A model generated the notes under the pieces. That model worked only from the letters and a program-made list of their open reading frames with translations. It had not been told where the DNA came from and did not search any database. DNA of 64,000 nt. It comes from an uncultured Gammaproteobacteria bacterium (GTDB lineage Bacteria > Patescibacteriota > Microgenomatia > UBA10105 > UBA927). Within the stretch, counting starts at the first letter, position 1. Every line of letters begins with the position of its first letter. The stretch covers positions 1,183 to 65,182 of the forward strand of contig CAZQTD010000004.1 of the NCBI GenBank assembly GCA_964596355.1, written 5' to 3'. Position numbers and translations under genes: made by a program. Of the stretch, positions 10,047-20,346 are shown piece after piece.

Positions 10047-10070
10047 TAAAAAGCTCTCCGGTTGGAGAGC
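10047..10070 (-). terminator. intrinsic terminator downstream of ftsZ
   Basis: Perfect hairpin GCTCTCC-GGTT-GGAGAGC at 10053-10070. On the minus-strand transcript it is followed by UUUUUAGUUU (plus-strand A-run 10048-10052). It sits 28 nt past the ftsZ stop. Confidence 0.6.
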
Positions 10071-10097
10071 TACTTGAAAATTCAACCGTATTTCCTT

Positions 10098-11264
10098 CTA
10101 AGAGCGATGTCTCAAGAATGCAGGGATATCAAATTCATCCTCGTCCGGCGGCAGATCGTCGGAAGACAATCCTGGTCGTTGAGGATCAGGAGCCGATACG
10201 TCAGCTCCAGAAGGTGCGGTTTGGGGAAATGTCGTACGTCCATCTCTCGTCGGTTGAGTTGCAACGGCCCCGTATGCCGGCCTCCCGGAAAGCTCACGGA
10301 GGCGTATTTTTGTTTCATCAAATCCGGTTGCCACCACAGTAATTTTTATCTGATCCACGAGGTTCTCATCGATTGTCGCGCCAAAGATGATGTTGGCATC
10401 AGGATCAACCGCAGAGGCAATCAGTTTTGCCGCTTCATCTACTTCTGACATCGTTAAGTCCGATCCGCCGGTTATGTTAAACAGCACTCCCTTGGCTCCT
10501 TCAATAGATAGTTCCAAAAGCGGCGAGGCAATCGCAGTACGCGCGGCTGTGGATGCCCTGTTTTCACCGACACCGGTTCCAATACCCATAAGAGAGCTTC
10601 CAGCATTCGTCATAATCGTGCGCACATCGGCAAAATCCACGTTGATGAGCCCAGGCATGGTGATGAGGTCTGATATTCCCTGCACGCCCTGACCCAATAC
10701 GGAGTCGGTGACGCGGAATGCATCCAGAAGCGTCATTTTTCTATCAATCACCTCTAATAGACGCTGATTGGGGATGACAATGAGCGTATCCACTTGTTCT
10801 TTAAGGTTCGCAATGCCCTCTTCTGCCGCAACCATCCTTCTGGTCCCTTCAAAATGAAAAGGTTTTGTCACAACGGCGACCGTAAGCGCGTTAAGCTCTT
10901 TTGCGATTTGGGCAACAACCGGTGTTGCTCCAGTTCCTGTCCCGCCGCCTTCTCCGCAGGTAAGAAAAATCATATCTGCATCCTTAAGGTATTCAGTTAT
11001 TTTGTCGCGCGATTCTTCCGCAGCATGAAGTCCAACCTCTGGATTGCCTCCCGCGCCAAGACCGCGCGTCAAATTTTCACCAATCTGAATTTTCGTAGGT
11101 GCCTGACACATAAGAAGCGCCTGCGCATCGGTGTTTACACCGATAAAGTCAACGCCGGCAATCTGATTAACCGATATCATGGAATTTATGGCGTTGCATC
11201 CCCCGCCGCCAACGCCGATAACTTTAATTTTTGCGAATCGGGCAATATCAGGTTTTATGAGCAT
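10098..11264 (-). CDS. ftsZ: cell division GTPase FtsZ
   Basis: 388 aa. [10 protein letters not shown] and tubulin signature GGGTGTGA. Disordered C-terminal tail ending DIPAFLR. Confidence 0.95.
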   Translation of the reverse strand: MLIKPDIARFAKIKVIGVGGGGCNAINSMISVNQIAGVDFIGVNTDAQALLMCQAPTKIQIGENLTRGLGAGGNPEVGLHAAEESRDKITEYLKDADMIFLTCGEGGGTGTGATPVVAQIAKELNALTVAVVTKPFHFEGTRRMVAAEEGIANLKEQVDTLIVIPNQRLLEVIDRKMTLLDAFRVTDSVLGQGVQGISDLITMPGLINVDFADVRTIMTNAGSSLMGIGTGVGENRASTAARTAIASPLLELSIEGAKGVLFNITGGSDLTMSEVDEAAKLIASAVDPDANIIFGATIDENLVDQIKITVVATGFDETKIRLRELSGRPAYGAVATQPTRDGRTTFPQTAPSGADVSAPDPQRPGLSSDDLPPDEDEFDIPAFLRHRS

Positions 11265-11409
11265 AAGAACACTTGAGGGGCAGGGGGTTTTGCAATCTGC
11301 AAATACTCAAATCTGCGCGTCTTGAATGTCTGTTTCAGATAATTGAATCATTTCGATCGTCTCCGGCAGTTTTTATCAATGTGTCATGTGCACATTTTAG
11401 CATATTCCC

Positions 11410-12708
11410 TTACGGCATGAATGACTTTACCAAATCAATCATCTTTCCCGCAATACCTTTTATTTGTACCTTCTCGCCAATTTTGCCGATACTGCTTAAA
11501 AATGTCGCTCCTTCTCCCTTTTCTACTTTACCTCCATATAGAAGAAGACCAACGCCTGTAGTAAATGCCGGCGAGGTAATTTCATCGATAAGCCCGCTTA
11601 CCCGTTTTGGCGCTCCGATATGGACAGACATTGCAAGATTTCTTCGGGCTGCTTCAACGGCGCCAACGGTTTGCGCACCGCCGCCGGTAATGACGACACC
11701 GGAAGGCGTCATGCCGACAAAACCGCTCCGCTTAAGCTCAAGCGCGACCATCGTGCATATTTCATTCAATCGCGGTTTAATAATTCCTTCGACAAGCGTT
11801 CTCCGTGACAATATTTTGAGCTCTTCCGGAAGTCCCAGAGAAGAAACATCAAGCTCATCGGATTTATCCGTCTTTGACTTCATTTTCTCATCACTATCGG
11901 CAATTGCGGGACTTTTCGGCGTTTGTCCGAGAAGAAGCTTAACCTTTTCCGCACTTTCCAGCGATACGCGAAGTCCTGCGGCCAAATCTTTAGTGATATT
12001 TATTGCTCCGATAGGAATAACCGATGAGTAGGAAAGCGCACCTTCCACAAACACTGCCACATCCGTCGTGCCGCCGCCGATATCAACAAGGACAACGCCA
12101 AGTTCTTTTTCTGTTTCCGACAGACTTGCCTCCGCAGAGGCAAGTCCGCCAAACACCATGCCTGCAACATCAACGCCAAGCTCCTCGACGCATTTGCGCA
12201 AATTGCGAATTGCGGTAGCGCCTCCGGTCACCAAGTGGGTGTCTACTTCAAGCCGAACGCCCGTCATCCCTATGGGGTCAACGACACCTTCCTGACTATC
12301 AACAATGTATCCGCGCGGCAGTACATGCAGAATTTCCCGCGAAGATGGCAATGACACTGCTTTTGCCGCTTCAATGACGCGCCGTACATCTGCTTCTGAA
12401 ATTTCACGATCCGGTTCAGCGACAGCAACAACCCCATGAGAATTCTGTGATGCGATATGACTGCCGCCGACTGAAACAAACGCTTTGCTTACCGAAACGC
12501 CTGCCATGCGTTCAGCCGCGTCAAGCGACTGTGATATTGCGGCGGTTGCTTCTTCGATATTGACAACCTGTCCTTTGCGAAGTCCGTGACTTAAAACCGT
12601 GGAAACGCCGATAACTTGAGCCTCCCCTTCATCCGAGAAGGTGGCAATGATGGTGGTAATTTTTGACGTCCCTACGTCAATGCCGGATACGATGTGGTCG
12701 CGCGCCAT
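11410..12708 (-). CDS. ftsA: cell division protein FtsA
   Basis: 432 aa. Actin-like ATPase with N-terminal GIDVGTSKI, DIGGGTTD and a C-terminal amphipathic tail. Confidence 0.9.
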   Translation of the reverse strand: MARDHIVSGIDVGTSKITTIIATFSDEGEAQVIGVSTVLSHGLRKGQVVNIEEATAAISQSLDAAERMAGVSVSKAFVSVGGSHIASQNSHGVVAVAEPDREISEADVRRVIEAAKAVSLPSSREILHVLPRGYIVDSQEGVVDPIGMTGVRLEVDTHLVTGGATAIRNLRKCVEELGVDVAGMVFGGLASAEASLSETEKELGVVLVDIGGGTTDVAVFVEGALSYSSVIPIGAINITKDLAAGLRVSLESAEKVKLLLGQTPKSPAIADSDEKMKSKTDKSDELDVSSLGLPEELKILSRRTLVEGIIKPRLNEICTMVALELKRSGFVGMTPSGVVITGGGAQTVGAVEAARRNLAMSVHIGAPKRVSGLIDEITSPAFTTGVGLLLYGGKVEKGEGATFLSSIGKIGEKVQIKGIAGKMIDLVKSFMP

Positions 12709-12712
12709 AATG

Positions 12713-13405
12713 TTAAAATCTCACAATCGGTTTTTCGAAACGAAGATCAACAACCGTGGGCATCGTCCCTTTTATTCTAAACCCCGTCATGAGTGTTTGT
12801 AAAGTAGTGACCACCTCATGCAGCGGACGATTTTGAGGAATATAAATATCTATTTTCCCTGATTTAGCAAGCAGGAATTGGCTATCAGTATTTGTTATAG
12901 AATCTATTCGCAATGTCGATCTCATCTCCTCGATAAACCCAAGAGCCAAACGTATGCGCGCATCGGTTATGGCCTGACCGACGCGCACGTCATCTGTCAT
13001 CATGGTCAAAACAGGGAGCGTCCGCCCTTGGTCGCCGCTCATAAGTGCCACTCCTTTACAGTCAAGCAATACCAACAGATCGCCGGTATCTAACCGTGCA
13101 CACGGAAGACGAACAACCGGGATTATCCGAAGCGTATGAGGGAATCGCTTGACGAACTGAACGTCAGCAAGGAGCGGATTGTCCGCAAGTACTTGCGCTC
13201 TAAGCGTCTTCGATGGAAAAAATAACAGATTGTTCGGTATGCGATCGGCATCTATATGCACGGTAAATCCGTCGCCGATAACTTCAATCGATGTGATTGC
13301 AAATAGGTGCGAAAGCCCGATATACGCGCCGCACCCGCTTGCCAAAACAAGAAGCGTTAGCGCGACGGCTCTGCCAAATGTTCTTCGAGCTGTTCCAATA
13401 CGCAT
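12713..13405 (-). CDS. ftsQ: cell division protein FtsQ/DivIB (POTRA)
   Basis: Short cytoplasmic N-terminus, single TM (AVALTLLVLASGCGAYIGL) and a periplasmic domain, in the position between murG and ftsA. Start set at MRIG. It still overlaps the murG 3' end. Confidence 0.6.
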   Translation of the reverse strand: MRIGTARRTFGRAVALTLLVLASGCGAYIGLSHLFAITSIEVIGDGFTVHIDADRIPNNLLFFPSKTLRAQVLADNPLLADVQFVKRFPHTLRIIPVVRLPCARLDTGDLLVLLDCKGVALMSGDQGRTLPVLTMMTDDVRVGQAITDARIRLALGFIEEMRSTLRIDSITNTDSQFLLAKSGKIDIYIPQNRPLHEVVTTLQTLMTGFRIKGTMPTVVDLRFEKPIVRF

Positions 13406-14490
13406 AATAGCCGTTTTGCCCCGTCTTTGGGCATGCGATTCATACACGCCTTGGCGCGCCTCCTGAAATAGTCATATCGCGTGGAAACATACTGTATAAC
13501 GCGAAGTATCTCTTCTGGCGCCGCTTGATCCTGCATCATGACGATCGCTCCACCTTGACGTTCGAGCCATTGAGCGTTGCGAAGCTGTTCTCCTCCTGCT
13601 GACCACGGCAGGGGAATGGCAATTGCAACACGGCCAAACGTTGCCAACTCAACAGCCGTATTTGCGCCGCATCTTCCCAGAACAATGTACGCGTGATGAA
13701 GAAGATATGACAAGCGTTCAACATCCACATGCGGCATAATAATATATCTTTGTCTTTGAGCTGCCGGAAGCGCCTCGCGAACGAGCCTTGCTTGAAGGAA
13801 TGAATGCCCTCCTGTTTGGTGAATTACATAAAACGAGCGCGCAAGCCGACTGACGATTGGAAAAACCAAGTTGTTTAATGAAACAGCGCCGGTGCTTCCT
13901 CCGGACATATAAAGAATCGGGTATTTTTTATGATCAATGAAATTGAATCTGCCTGTCGCTTCGTGCCAAAGCTCCTTGCGAATCGGCAATCCCGTCACTA
14001 CGATCTTATGGCGCGGAAACCGCACTGCTGTTTCTTCATGCGTCACACAAATTTTTTTGACAAACAGCGCAATCAGCCGATTGGTTAACCCCGGAATAAA
14101 TGTTTGTTCATGAGTAACAGACGGAATGCCCATTAGCCAGCCTGCAAAAACAATCGGCAAGGCAATATACCCACCAAACGAAACGATCATTCGTGGTTTT
14201 TCTCGCAACACAATCGCAAGCGACTGGACGAATCCAATCGGAAGTTTCAGTAGAGAAATAAACGTCCATAGCGTAAATGATCGCTGGAGACGGCCCGTCG
14301 TAAGCGATAGAAACCGAATACCCAATCGTGCGCTTTCGGTATATTCAAACGATGGTACTGTACTTCCTTCCAGCGCATACTTTCGTCCAACGATGACGAC
14401 ATCCCACTGCGGATGCTTCTGTCGAATTTCCGAAATCAATGCGAGTGCGGGCGTGATATGTGCGCCTGTTAAAAGTATTCTTTGCTTCAT
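13357..14490 (-). CDS. murG: undecaprenyldiphospho-muramoylpentapeptide beta-N-acetylglucosaminyltransferase (GT28)
   Basis: 377 aa, two-domain GT-B. N-terminal ILLTGAHITPALAL and C-terminal nucleotide-sugar-binding region. Canonical dcw position. Confidence 0.8.
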   Translation of the reverse strand: MKQRILLTGAHITPALALISEIRQKHPQWDVVIVGRKYALEGSTVPSFEYTESARLGIRFLSLTTGRLQRSFTLWTFISLLKLPIGFVQSLAIVLREKPRMIVSFGGYIALPIVFAGWLMGIPSVTHEQTFIPGLTNRLIALFVKKICVTHEETAVRFPRHKIVVTGLPIRKELWHEATGRFNFIDHKKYPILYMSGGSTGAVSLNNLVFPIVSRLARSFYVIHQTGGHSFLQARLVREALPAAQRQRYIIMPHVDVERLSYLLHHAYIVLGRCGANTAVELATFGRVAIAIPLPWSAGGEQLRNAQWLERQGGAIVMMQDQAAPEEILRVIQYVSTRYDYFRRRAKACMNRMPKDGAKRLLCVLEQLEEHLAEPSR

Positions 14491-15611
14491 GGCACGCTTG
14501 TTCTGTGACGACTGATATTCACCAGTATGCCCAGACTAACAAGGACAATAATGAGACTTGATCCGCCATACGAAACAAGAGGAAGCGGCACGCCGGTAAG
14601 CGGAACAAGCGCAACCATCGACGAAAGGTTTATCATAGCCTGAACGCCTACCCATGATGATATACCGAGCGCCATGAGTCTTCCGAATGCATCCGGTGCT
14701 CTCCGGGCAATGCGAAATCCTCTCCATACAATGAAAAGGAAAACAAGAATGACTGCGGCGGCCCCGACAAATCCCACCTCTTCGCCAATGATCGCAAATA
14801 TCGCGTCAGTATTTGCCTCCGGAAGGTATTCGTATTTCTGCCTCGATTGCCCCAGTCCCAATCCGAACCAGCCGCCGCTTCCAAGTGCAATAAGAACCTG
14901 ACGGATCTGATAGGATGCGCCAAGCGGATCATGTTCAGGATTAAAAAACGTCATCAATCGTCGCATTCTGTAAGGCGATACAACCGCAAGTAGTCCGACG
15001 CTTCCAATGAGCATCGGAACAATGAGGAGAAACTGATGGAGCGGCGCTCCGGAAAAAAAATACATAAGAAGCGCGATCGAAAGCAGAATGACGCTCGTTC
15101 CCAAATCAGGCTCAAGCAGTACAAGCCCAACGAGAACTGCAAGAAGGAGGACAAAGGGGCCAAGCCGCTTCATTTTATGATTTGAGAGCCAAGAGGAAAG
15201 ATACACGACAAGCGCGAGCTTCGCCAGTTCAGCCGGCTGTAAGACAAAAAATCCGAAGTTTATCCATCGATGGGCACCGAGCGCCCGCACGCCAACGCCG
15301 GGAATAAATACTGCAAGAAGAAGAAGAACCGTGAGTCCAAGTATCGGCAACGACGCTTTGTACCAGATTCGATAATCAATGCGCGAAACAATTAAAAAAA
15401 GCACGAATCCTATCCCAAGCCACTTGAGTTGTTCCCGCGCAAAATAATATTGATCAGAAAAATCACGGACAGCAATGGCTACCGATGAATCATAGACCAT
15501 GAGGATCCCAAAAAGCGATAGCATACTTACGGCCGCCAACAGCCACCGGTCCGATCGACCCTGCTTATACCCTCCTGACCGCGTCAATACCTTAAAGAAG
15601 TGAAACTTCAT
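14487..15611 (-). CDS. ftsW: SEDS peptidoglycan glycosyltransferase FtsW
   Basis: Polytopic. SGGWFGLGLGQSRQKYEYLPEANTDAIFA is the SEDS core. Start chosen at MKFHFFKV because the longer ORF would overlap murD by 140 nt. Located between murD and murG. Confidence 0.85.
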   Translation of the reverse strand: MKFHFFKVLTRSGGYKQGRSDRWLLAAVSMLSLFGILMVYDSSVAIAVRDFSDQYYFAREQLKWLGIGFVLFLIVSRIDYRIWYKASLPILGLTVLLLLAVFIPGVGVRALGAHRWINFGFFVLQPAELAKLALVVYLSSWLSNHKMKRLGPFVLLLAVLVGLVLLEPDLGTSVILLSIALLMYFFSGAPLHQFLLIVPMLIGSVGLLAVVSPYRMRRLMTFFNPEHDPLGASYQIRQVLIALGSGGWFGLGLGQSRQKYEYLPEANTDAIFAIIGEEVGFVGAAAVILVFLFIVWRGFRIARRAPDAFGRLMALGISSWVGVQAMINLSSMVALVPLTGVPLPLVSYGGSSLIIVLVSLGILVNISRHRTSVP

Positions 15612-16968
15612 GTTTAAAAAGCGCCCCACGTTCTTTATAGTTCTTAAACATATCAAATGATGCACATGCCGGAGAAAGAAGCGCAACGTCGCCGGACGAA
15701 CTTTCGCAAGCAAGCGCGCGCACAATGTCATGCATCGATGTAAGACCCGTAATAATCCTGCCGCAAAACCCAGCGTTCTTCACCGCTTCAAGAATGCGAT
15801 CAGTCATCGCGCCGATGATAATAACCGTTTTGATGTTTGCTTTGGCGATTTCTTCTCCCAATTGGGTGTAATCTGACCCCTTGTCTGACCCCCCAACGAC
15901 CAAATGAATTGGTTCGTAAAACGACTTGATTGCCGCAATCGCGGTTTCCGGCGTGGTGGAAAAAGAATCGTTGTAATATGCCACACCGCCAACACTTCGC
16001 ACAAATTCCAGCCGATGTTCCAAGCCGCGAAACGATGTCGCCGCGGATTTCATCGGGTCAACAGATGCTCCTGCCACTGCCGCGGCAAGAGACGCCGCGG
16101 TAATATTTTCAAGGTTGTGCATGCCGCGAAGCTCAATATCACGCATGTGGCAAATTCTATGCGGCTTACCCTTCCACCGAAGAAACACCGCGTGCGCGTT
16201 AATGTATGCGTCTGCCGTGGGGTGTTCGCGACTGAAATAGTAGATTTTTGCAGGCGTCAGTTTTGCAAAAGATGAACTCGTCGGATCATCTGCAAGAAGA
16301 ACCGCAGCATCCTGCCTTGTCTGATAGCGAACTATAGACTGTTTTGCCTCAACGTATGCGGTGCGGGATTCGTGATAATTGGTCGCTTGCGGATCGAAAT
16401 TTGCCAAGTGCTCCTGCGTAACACGAAGGACTACTGCAATCTGTGGGCTTTTGTGCAAATCCTCAAGCTGAAACGAGGAAAGCTCCAACACCACGATATC
16501 ATGCGGTGCTATGTCATGAACTTTAGACAGAAGCGGCGTGCCGACATTGCCGCCAAGCCACGCCTTGCGGCCGGAGGCACGAAGCATTTCAGCAATAAGC
16601 GTGCTTACCGTCCCTTTTCCTTTGGTCCCCGTGACGCCGATAACACCCGCACGGCAATGGTCAAAAAAAAGCTTGGTCAGGCTCGTCATCTTTCCCTTGT
16701 TAATCACCTCTGTGAGTTCCGGCAGGCGCGGCGACATGCCGGGAGTCCGAACAACCATATCAAACCTGTCAAGATCATTCAGATAGTTGGGCCCAAGTCG
16801 GAAATCAGAGGTATATTTGGTAAGTGCGGTGTACGTCTCACCCAACTCTTCCTTCGATCGTCTGTCACAACACGTAATCCTTGCTTCCTCTTGATGAAAA
16901 AACGTTGCCGAATCGACACCCTCTACCGAGAGCCCAAGAATTGCTATGTGTTTGTTTTTATAACGTGA
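15592..16968 (-). CDS. murD: UDP-N-acetylmuramoylalanine--D-glutamate ligase
   Basis: HIAILGLSVEG N-terminal Rossmann fold, P-loop GVTGTKGKGTVSTLIAEML, Mur ligase C-terminal domain. Start taken at MSRYKNKHIAILGL. Confidence 0.85.
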   Translation of the reverse strand, partial: SRYKNKHIAILGLSVEGVDSATFFHQEEARITCCDRRSKEELGETYTALTKYTSDFRLGPNYLNDLDRFDMVVRTPGMSPRLPELTEVINKGKMTSLTKLFFDHCRAGVIGVTGTKGKGTVSTLIAEMLRASGRKAWLGGNVGTPLLSKVHDIAPHDIVVLELSSFQLEDLHKSPQIAVVLRVTQEHLANFDPQATNYHESRTAYVEAKQSIVRYQTRQDAAVLLADDPTSSSFAKLTPAKIYYFSREHPTADAYINAHAVFLRWKGKPHRICHMRDIELRGMHNLENITAASLAAAVAGASVDPMKSAATSFRGLEHRLEFVRSVGGVAYYNDSFSTTPETAIAAIKSFYEPIHLVVGGSDKGSDYTQLGEEIAKANIKTVIIIGAMTDRILEAVKNAGFCGRIITGLTSMHDIVRALACESSSGDVALLSPACASFDMFKNYKERGALFKHEVSLL

Positions 16969-17749
16969 CATGCGCAACAGCGACGTTTCGTTTGAGCAGT
17001 CTCCGAAACACCGACGCGACAAACCGCGCGTTTCCGGAAGTAACATACCTCTGTGTCGCTTCAGCGGCGTCGGATACTTCCTGCCGATTTGTCAAGACTC
17101 TCTTAACCTGCCGTGCAACGGCGTCGCCTGAATCCAGTATTGTTACCTTCTCTCCCACTATAGCACGAACCATCGGCGTCAAAAACGGATAGTGCGTACA
17201 GCCCAGCGCAATCACGTCACACGAGGACTTGTCGATACGTTTCAACAGCCGGCGAAGCTCTGCGGCAACTTCTTCCGAATCAATCTTCCCCTCTTCGATA
17301 AGCGGCACAAGACGCGAGCTGCCAATCGACTCCACCGTACAGTCTGGCGCAAACCTCCAGATAAGTTGTCTTTGATAGTGGCTTGTCGCAGTATACCGCG
17401 TGGACAGAACGACGAAATGCTTGGTACGGCTTATCTGGGCGGCTGTTTTAACAACAGGCACAACGCCAACAATAGGAACGCCGGGAAAACGCTTTCGAAA
17501 ATAGTCAATTCCAGCAATCGTTGCCGTATTGCACGCAACAATAACGAGTTTGACCCGCCGGCGAAGCAGATATTCAATCATGACAGTAACTCTCATTGTG
17601 ATGAATTCTGTTGACTTGTCACCGTAGGGCGCGTAGTTGTGATCGCCAATATACAGCAACGACTCGCGGGGGAGAAGTTTCTGTATCGATAACAGCACAG
17701 AAAGTCCACCGCTTCCGGAATCAAGAATGCCAATGGGGTCGCGCTTCAT
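16958..17749 (-). CDS. murI: glutamate racemase
   Basis: PIGILDSGSGGLSVL and CNTATIAG with a second Cys in GCTHYPFL. Start at MKRDPIGI. Confidence 0.85.
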   Translation of the reverse strand: MKRDPIGILDSGSGGLSVLLSIQKLLPRESLLYIGDHNYAPYGDKSTEFITMRVTVMIEYLLRRRVKLVIVACNTATIAGIDYFRKRFPGVPIVGVVPVVKTAAQISRTKHFVVLSTRYTATSHYQRQLIWRFAPDCTVESIGSSRLVPLIEEGKIDSEEVAAELRRLLKRIDKSSCDVIALGCTHYPFLTPMVRAIVGEKVTILDSGDAVARQVKRVLTNRQEVSDAAEATQRYVTSGNARFVASVFRRLLKRNVAVAHVTL

Positions 17750-17754
17750 ACGCA

Positions 17755-18807
17755 CTAAACGGCAGGGACTTTGGTAAGGAGTGCAAACCACAACCCGAAA
17801 ATGGCCAAAACTATGCCTATGATCCAAAATCGCATGACGATTTTAGGTTCCGGCCACCCCCTGTATTGAAGCCACAAGTGAATCGGCGCCGCCACAAACA
17901 CTTTGCGTCGAAGAAAATTTTTGGCCAAAAGCTGGACAAGCGATGTGGTCACTTCAACGACAAATACGCCGCCGATGACGACAAGCGCAGGAGCCTTGCC
18001 TAAAATTAATCCCACAACAGCGAGCGTTGCGCCAAAAGAAAGCGCGCCAACATCACCCAAAAAAATACGCGCAGGATACACGTTGAAATACATGAATGCC
18101 AGAATTCCGCCCATCCAAAGCGCCAGAAATACCGACAGCGGCGTATCAAGAATTGATGCTGAAATTATCCAAAATGCGGTAAGCGCGATAAGAAGCGACC
18201 CTGACGCAAGGCCGTCAAGACCGTCTGTTATGTTAAATGCGTTGGCAAACGCAATAATGACCAAAATCGCAAACGGAATGTACGCCCACCCCATCTCGAT
18301 AACACCCAGAAGCGGCACGTGGAAGATGTCTATTTTCAAATCATAAACGAGCCAAAACCCGATAAACGCAGCTAAAACTATCTCTAGAATGAGCTTATGC
18401 CGCAGTCGTAATCCAAAAAATTTGCTCTTGCCGTTTAGAAATGTCTTTTTGACGTCATCAAGCAATCCTAATGCGCCAAACGAAATGAAAGTAAAAAGAA
18501 GAATTTTAATTTCACTTGCCATAGAATAAACGTGCGTAAGCGGTATCCAAAAATACCGCATAAGAAGAAGCGATAGGGGAAACAGCATGGTTGTCATTGC
18601 GATAATGAGAAGTCCGCCGCCTACAGGGGTGCCTGCCTTTTTTTGATGAAACTTGTCAAAGATCGGTGTATGCTTTTCAAACACATCCAGCGTTTTTTGC
18701 CGCAACCGCCGCAATTTCCACTGGTACAGAAGCCGGATGAACGGAATGTATAATACGCTGGTCACAAACCACGAAAAAAGCAGCAATCCCAAAAGAAAAC
18801 TCATAAA
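17755..18807 (-). CDS. mraY: phospho-N-acetylmuramoyl-pentapeptide transferase
   Basis: NAFNITDGLDGLASG and YPARIFLGDVGALSFGATLAVVGL, canonical MraY motifs. Start at MSFLLGLL. Confidence 0.9.
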   Translation of the reverse strand, partial: FMSFLLGLLLFSWFVTSVLYIPFIRLLYQWKLRRLRQKTLDVFEKHTPIFDKFHQKKAGTPVGGGLLIIAMTTMLFPLSLLLMRYFWIPLTHVYSMASEIKILLFTFISFGALGLLDDVKKTFLNGKSKFFGLRLRHKLILEIVLAAFIGFWLVYDLKIDIFHVPLLGVIEMGWAYIPFAILVIIAFANAFNITDGLDGLASGSLLIALTAFWIISASILDTPLSVFLALWMGGILAFMYFNVYPARIFLGDVGALSFGATLAVVGLILGKAPALVVIGGVFVVEVTTSLVQLLAKNFLRRKVFVAAPIHLWLQYRGWPEPKIVMRFWIIGIVLAIFGLWFALLTKVPAV

Positions 18808-19196
18808 TAGGCAATGATATAGGGAATAAATATGTATGCCGCGATACCCACCGCGCCAATTGCTACCAGCAGCATCATGCCGGCTGACACATCTTTGGCG
18901 ACTTTGGCTTGTTGCCTCCATTCAGTGGTAATAAGATCTGTCATTGATTCTATCGCAGTATTGATCATCTCCGCGCTCAACCCAAGTACGATGGTAAAAA
19001 TAAGAATCGTCATCTCCAGCCGCGTGACTCTCACGTACGCCGCAAGCCCCAAAGCGCATGCGGCGAAAAGGAGGTGTACGCGGAAGTTCGGTTGCGTTTG
19101 AATCGCCCAAAAAATACCAGCCAATGCGTTCTTAAACGATATGTGGTGTTTCCTCAATAGCTCCTTCATACAAACAATTGTAGCAGATATAACCAA
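18801..19196 (-). CDS. dgkA: diacylglycerol kinase / undecaprenol kinase family (DgkA)
   Basis: 131 aa, 3 TM. FKNALAGIFWAIQTQPNFRVHL...ILIFTIVLGLSAEMINTAIE matches the DgkA/UdpK fold. Confidence 0.75.
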   Translation of the reverse strand: MVISATIVCMKELLRKHHISFKNALAGIFWAIQTQPNFRVHLLFAACALGLAAYVRVTRLEMTILIFTIVLGLSAEMINTAIESMTDLITTEWRQQAKVAKDVSAGMMLLVAIGAVGIAAYIFIPYIIAYL

Positions 19197-19335
19197 ATAA
19201 CACCGGTTTGCAGCATTTTCCTAAAATGCGTGGCATCTGGCGATAGATATACGCTCCTACCGTCACCAATTCCGATTGTAAAAACCGTGCGATCGCACGT
19301 TATATATTTGACACTCAAATGGTTTTTCAATCATT

Positions 19336-20346
19336 TCAATATCCTCTCATAATCCTTCGCGTGCTTTCAATACACTTCGTCACCATATACCACGGAGATA
19401 TTGGCAGATCGTGTGCGTGTATATACGCAATTGATCTTCCTCCAAAGCCCTTTTTGAACAATGTTATACCTCTCCATGGATGATTTGGTTTATTTTCATG
19501 AGCTATACCCCAAAAATTGTATAACTTTAGTCCTCTTTTTTTTGCTTCGCGAATTGCCTCCCATTGGATAAGATATGACGCAGGAACGTTTGTCGTTTGC
19601 GAAGCTCCATGATGATAAATTGCCTGGTTGCCATACATCGTGATTATGGCAGCTGCGATTACATCATCCCGATACGCGGCAGTGAAAAGCATTTCCTTGC
19701 CTTCATGGGAAAAAACGTCAAATTCCTCGGTGATTCCGGTATGCCGCACAAATCCGTGCCGAGAGGACGTTTCTTCATACAACCGGAAAAAATGTTTTAG
19801 ATCATCTGGATTGGCTGATTTACTCACGGTCACGCCCAGCCTCATTGCCCGTCGAATTTCATACCGCGTGGTTTTGCGCATATTGCGAAGTAGTGTTTCT
19901 TCTGGCGCGTCAATATCAAGCACCCAGCAGTATTCAGCATCCATCGCATGTATTGGCGATGGGGTAAGTTTCAGCAAAGAAAACGTTTCCATGAGTTCTC
20001 GTGTAGGAAAAAGAAGCGGACTGATACGGACAAACCACGCGCGCTCTTTTCGAGCCACATCCTTGAGCATCGCAAGTGCCGAAACCCAAAGAGACGTGTT
20101 TTGGCGAGCAAATACCGGGCCGTGGCGAACATGTAGAAACGCGCCACGACGCGCGCGGACAAAGACGGTTTGGGCAATGCCTACAAGCGCGCCGCCTTGG
20201 TAAAATCCCCATCGATGTACGGTGCTCCCCAATTTTTTTTGCACCTCACCCCAGAGCCAGCTTTGAAACAGCGACTGCGGCGAGTGCGCCGCAAGAAAGG
20301 TTTCCCAAATCGCCGGATCGTCAACGAACTTATGCGTTATCGTCAT
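19336..20346 (-). CDS. FemAB-family peptidyl transferase (peptidoglycan interpeptide bridge formation)
   Basis: 336 aa. N-terminal FLAAHSPQSLFQSWLWGEVQKKLG and two GNAT-like halves, typical of FemX/FemAB/MurM. Confidence 0.7.
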   Translation of the reverse strand: MTITHKFVDDPAIWETFLAAHSPQSLFQSWLWGEVQKKLGSTVHRWGFYQGGALVGIAQTVFVRARRGAFLHVRHGPVFARQNTSLWVSALAMLKDVARKERAWFVRISPLLFPTRELMETFSLLKLTPSPIHAMDAEYCWVLDIDAPEETLLRNMRKTTRYEIRRAMRLGVTVSKSANPDDLKHFFRLYEETSSRHGFVRHTGITEEFDVFSHEGKEMLFTAAYRDDVIAAAIITMYGNQAIYHHGASQTTNVPASYLIQWEAIREAKKRGLKLYNFWGIAHENKPNHPWRGITLFKKGFGGRSIAYIHAHDLPISPWYMVTKCIESTRRIMRGY

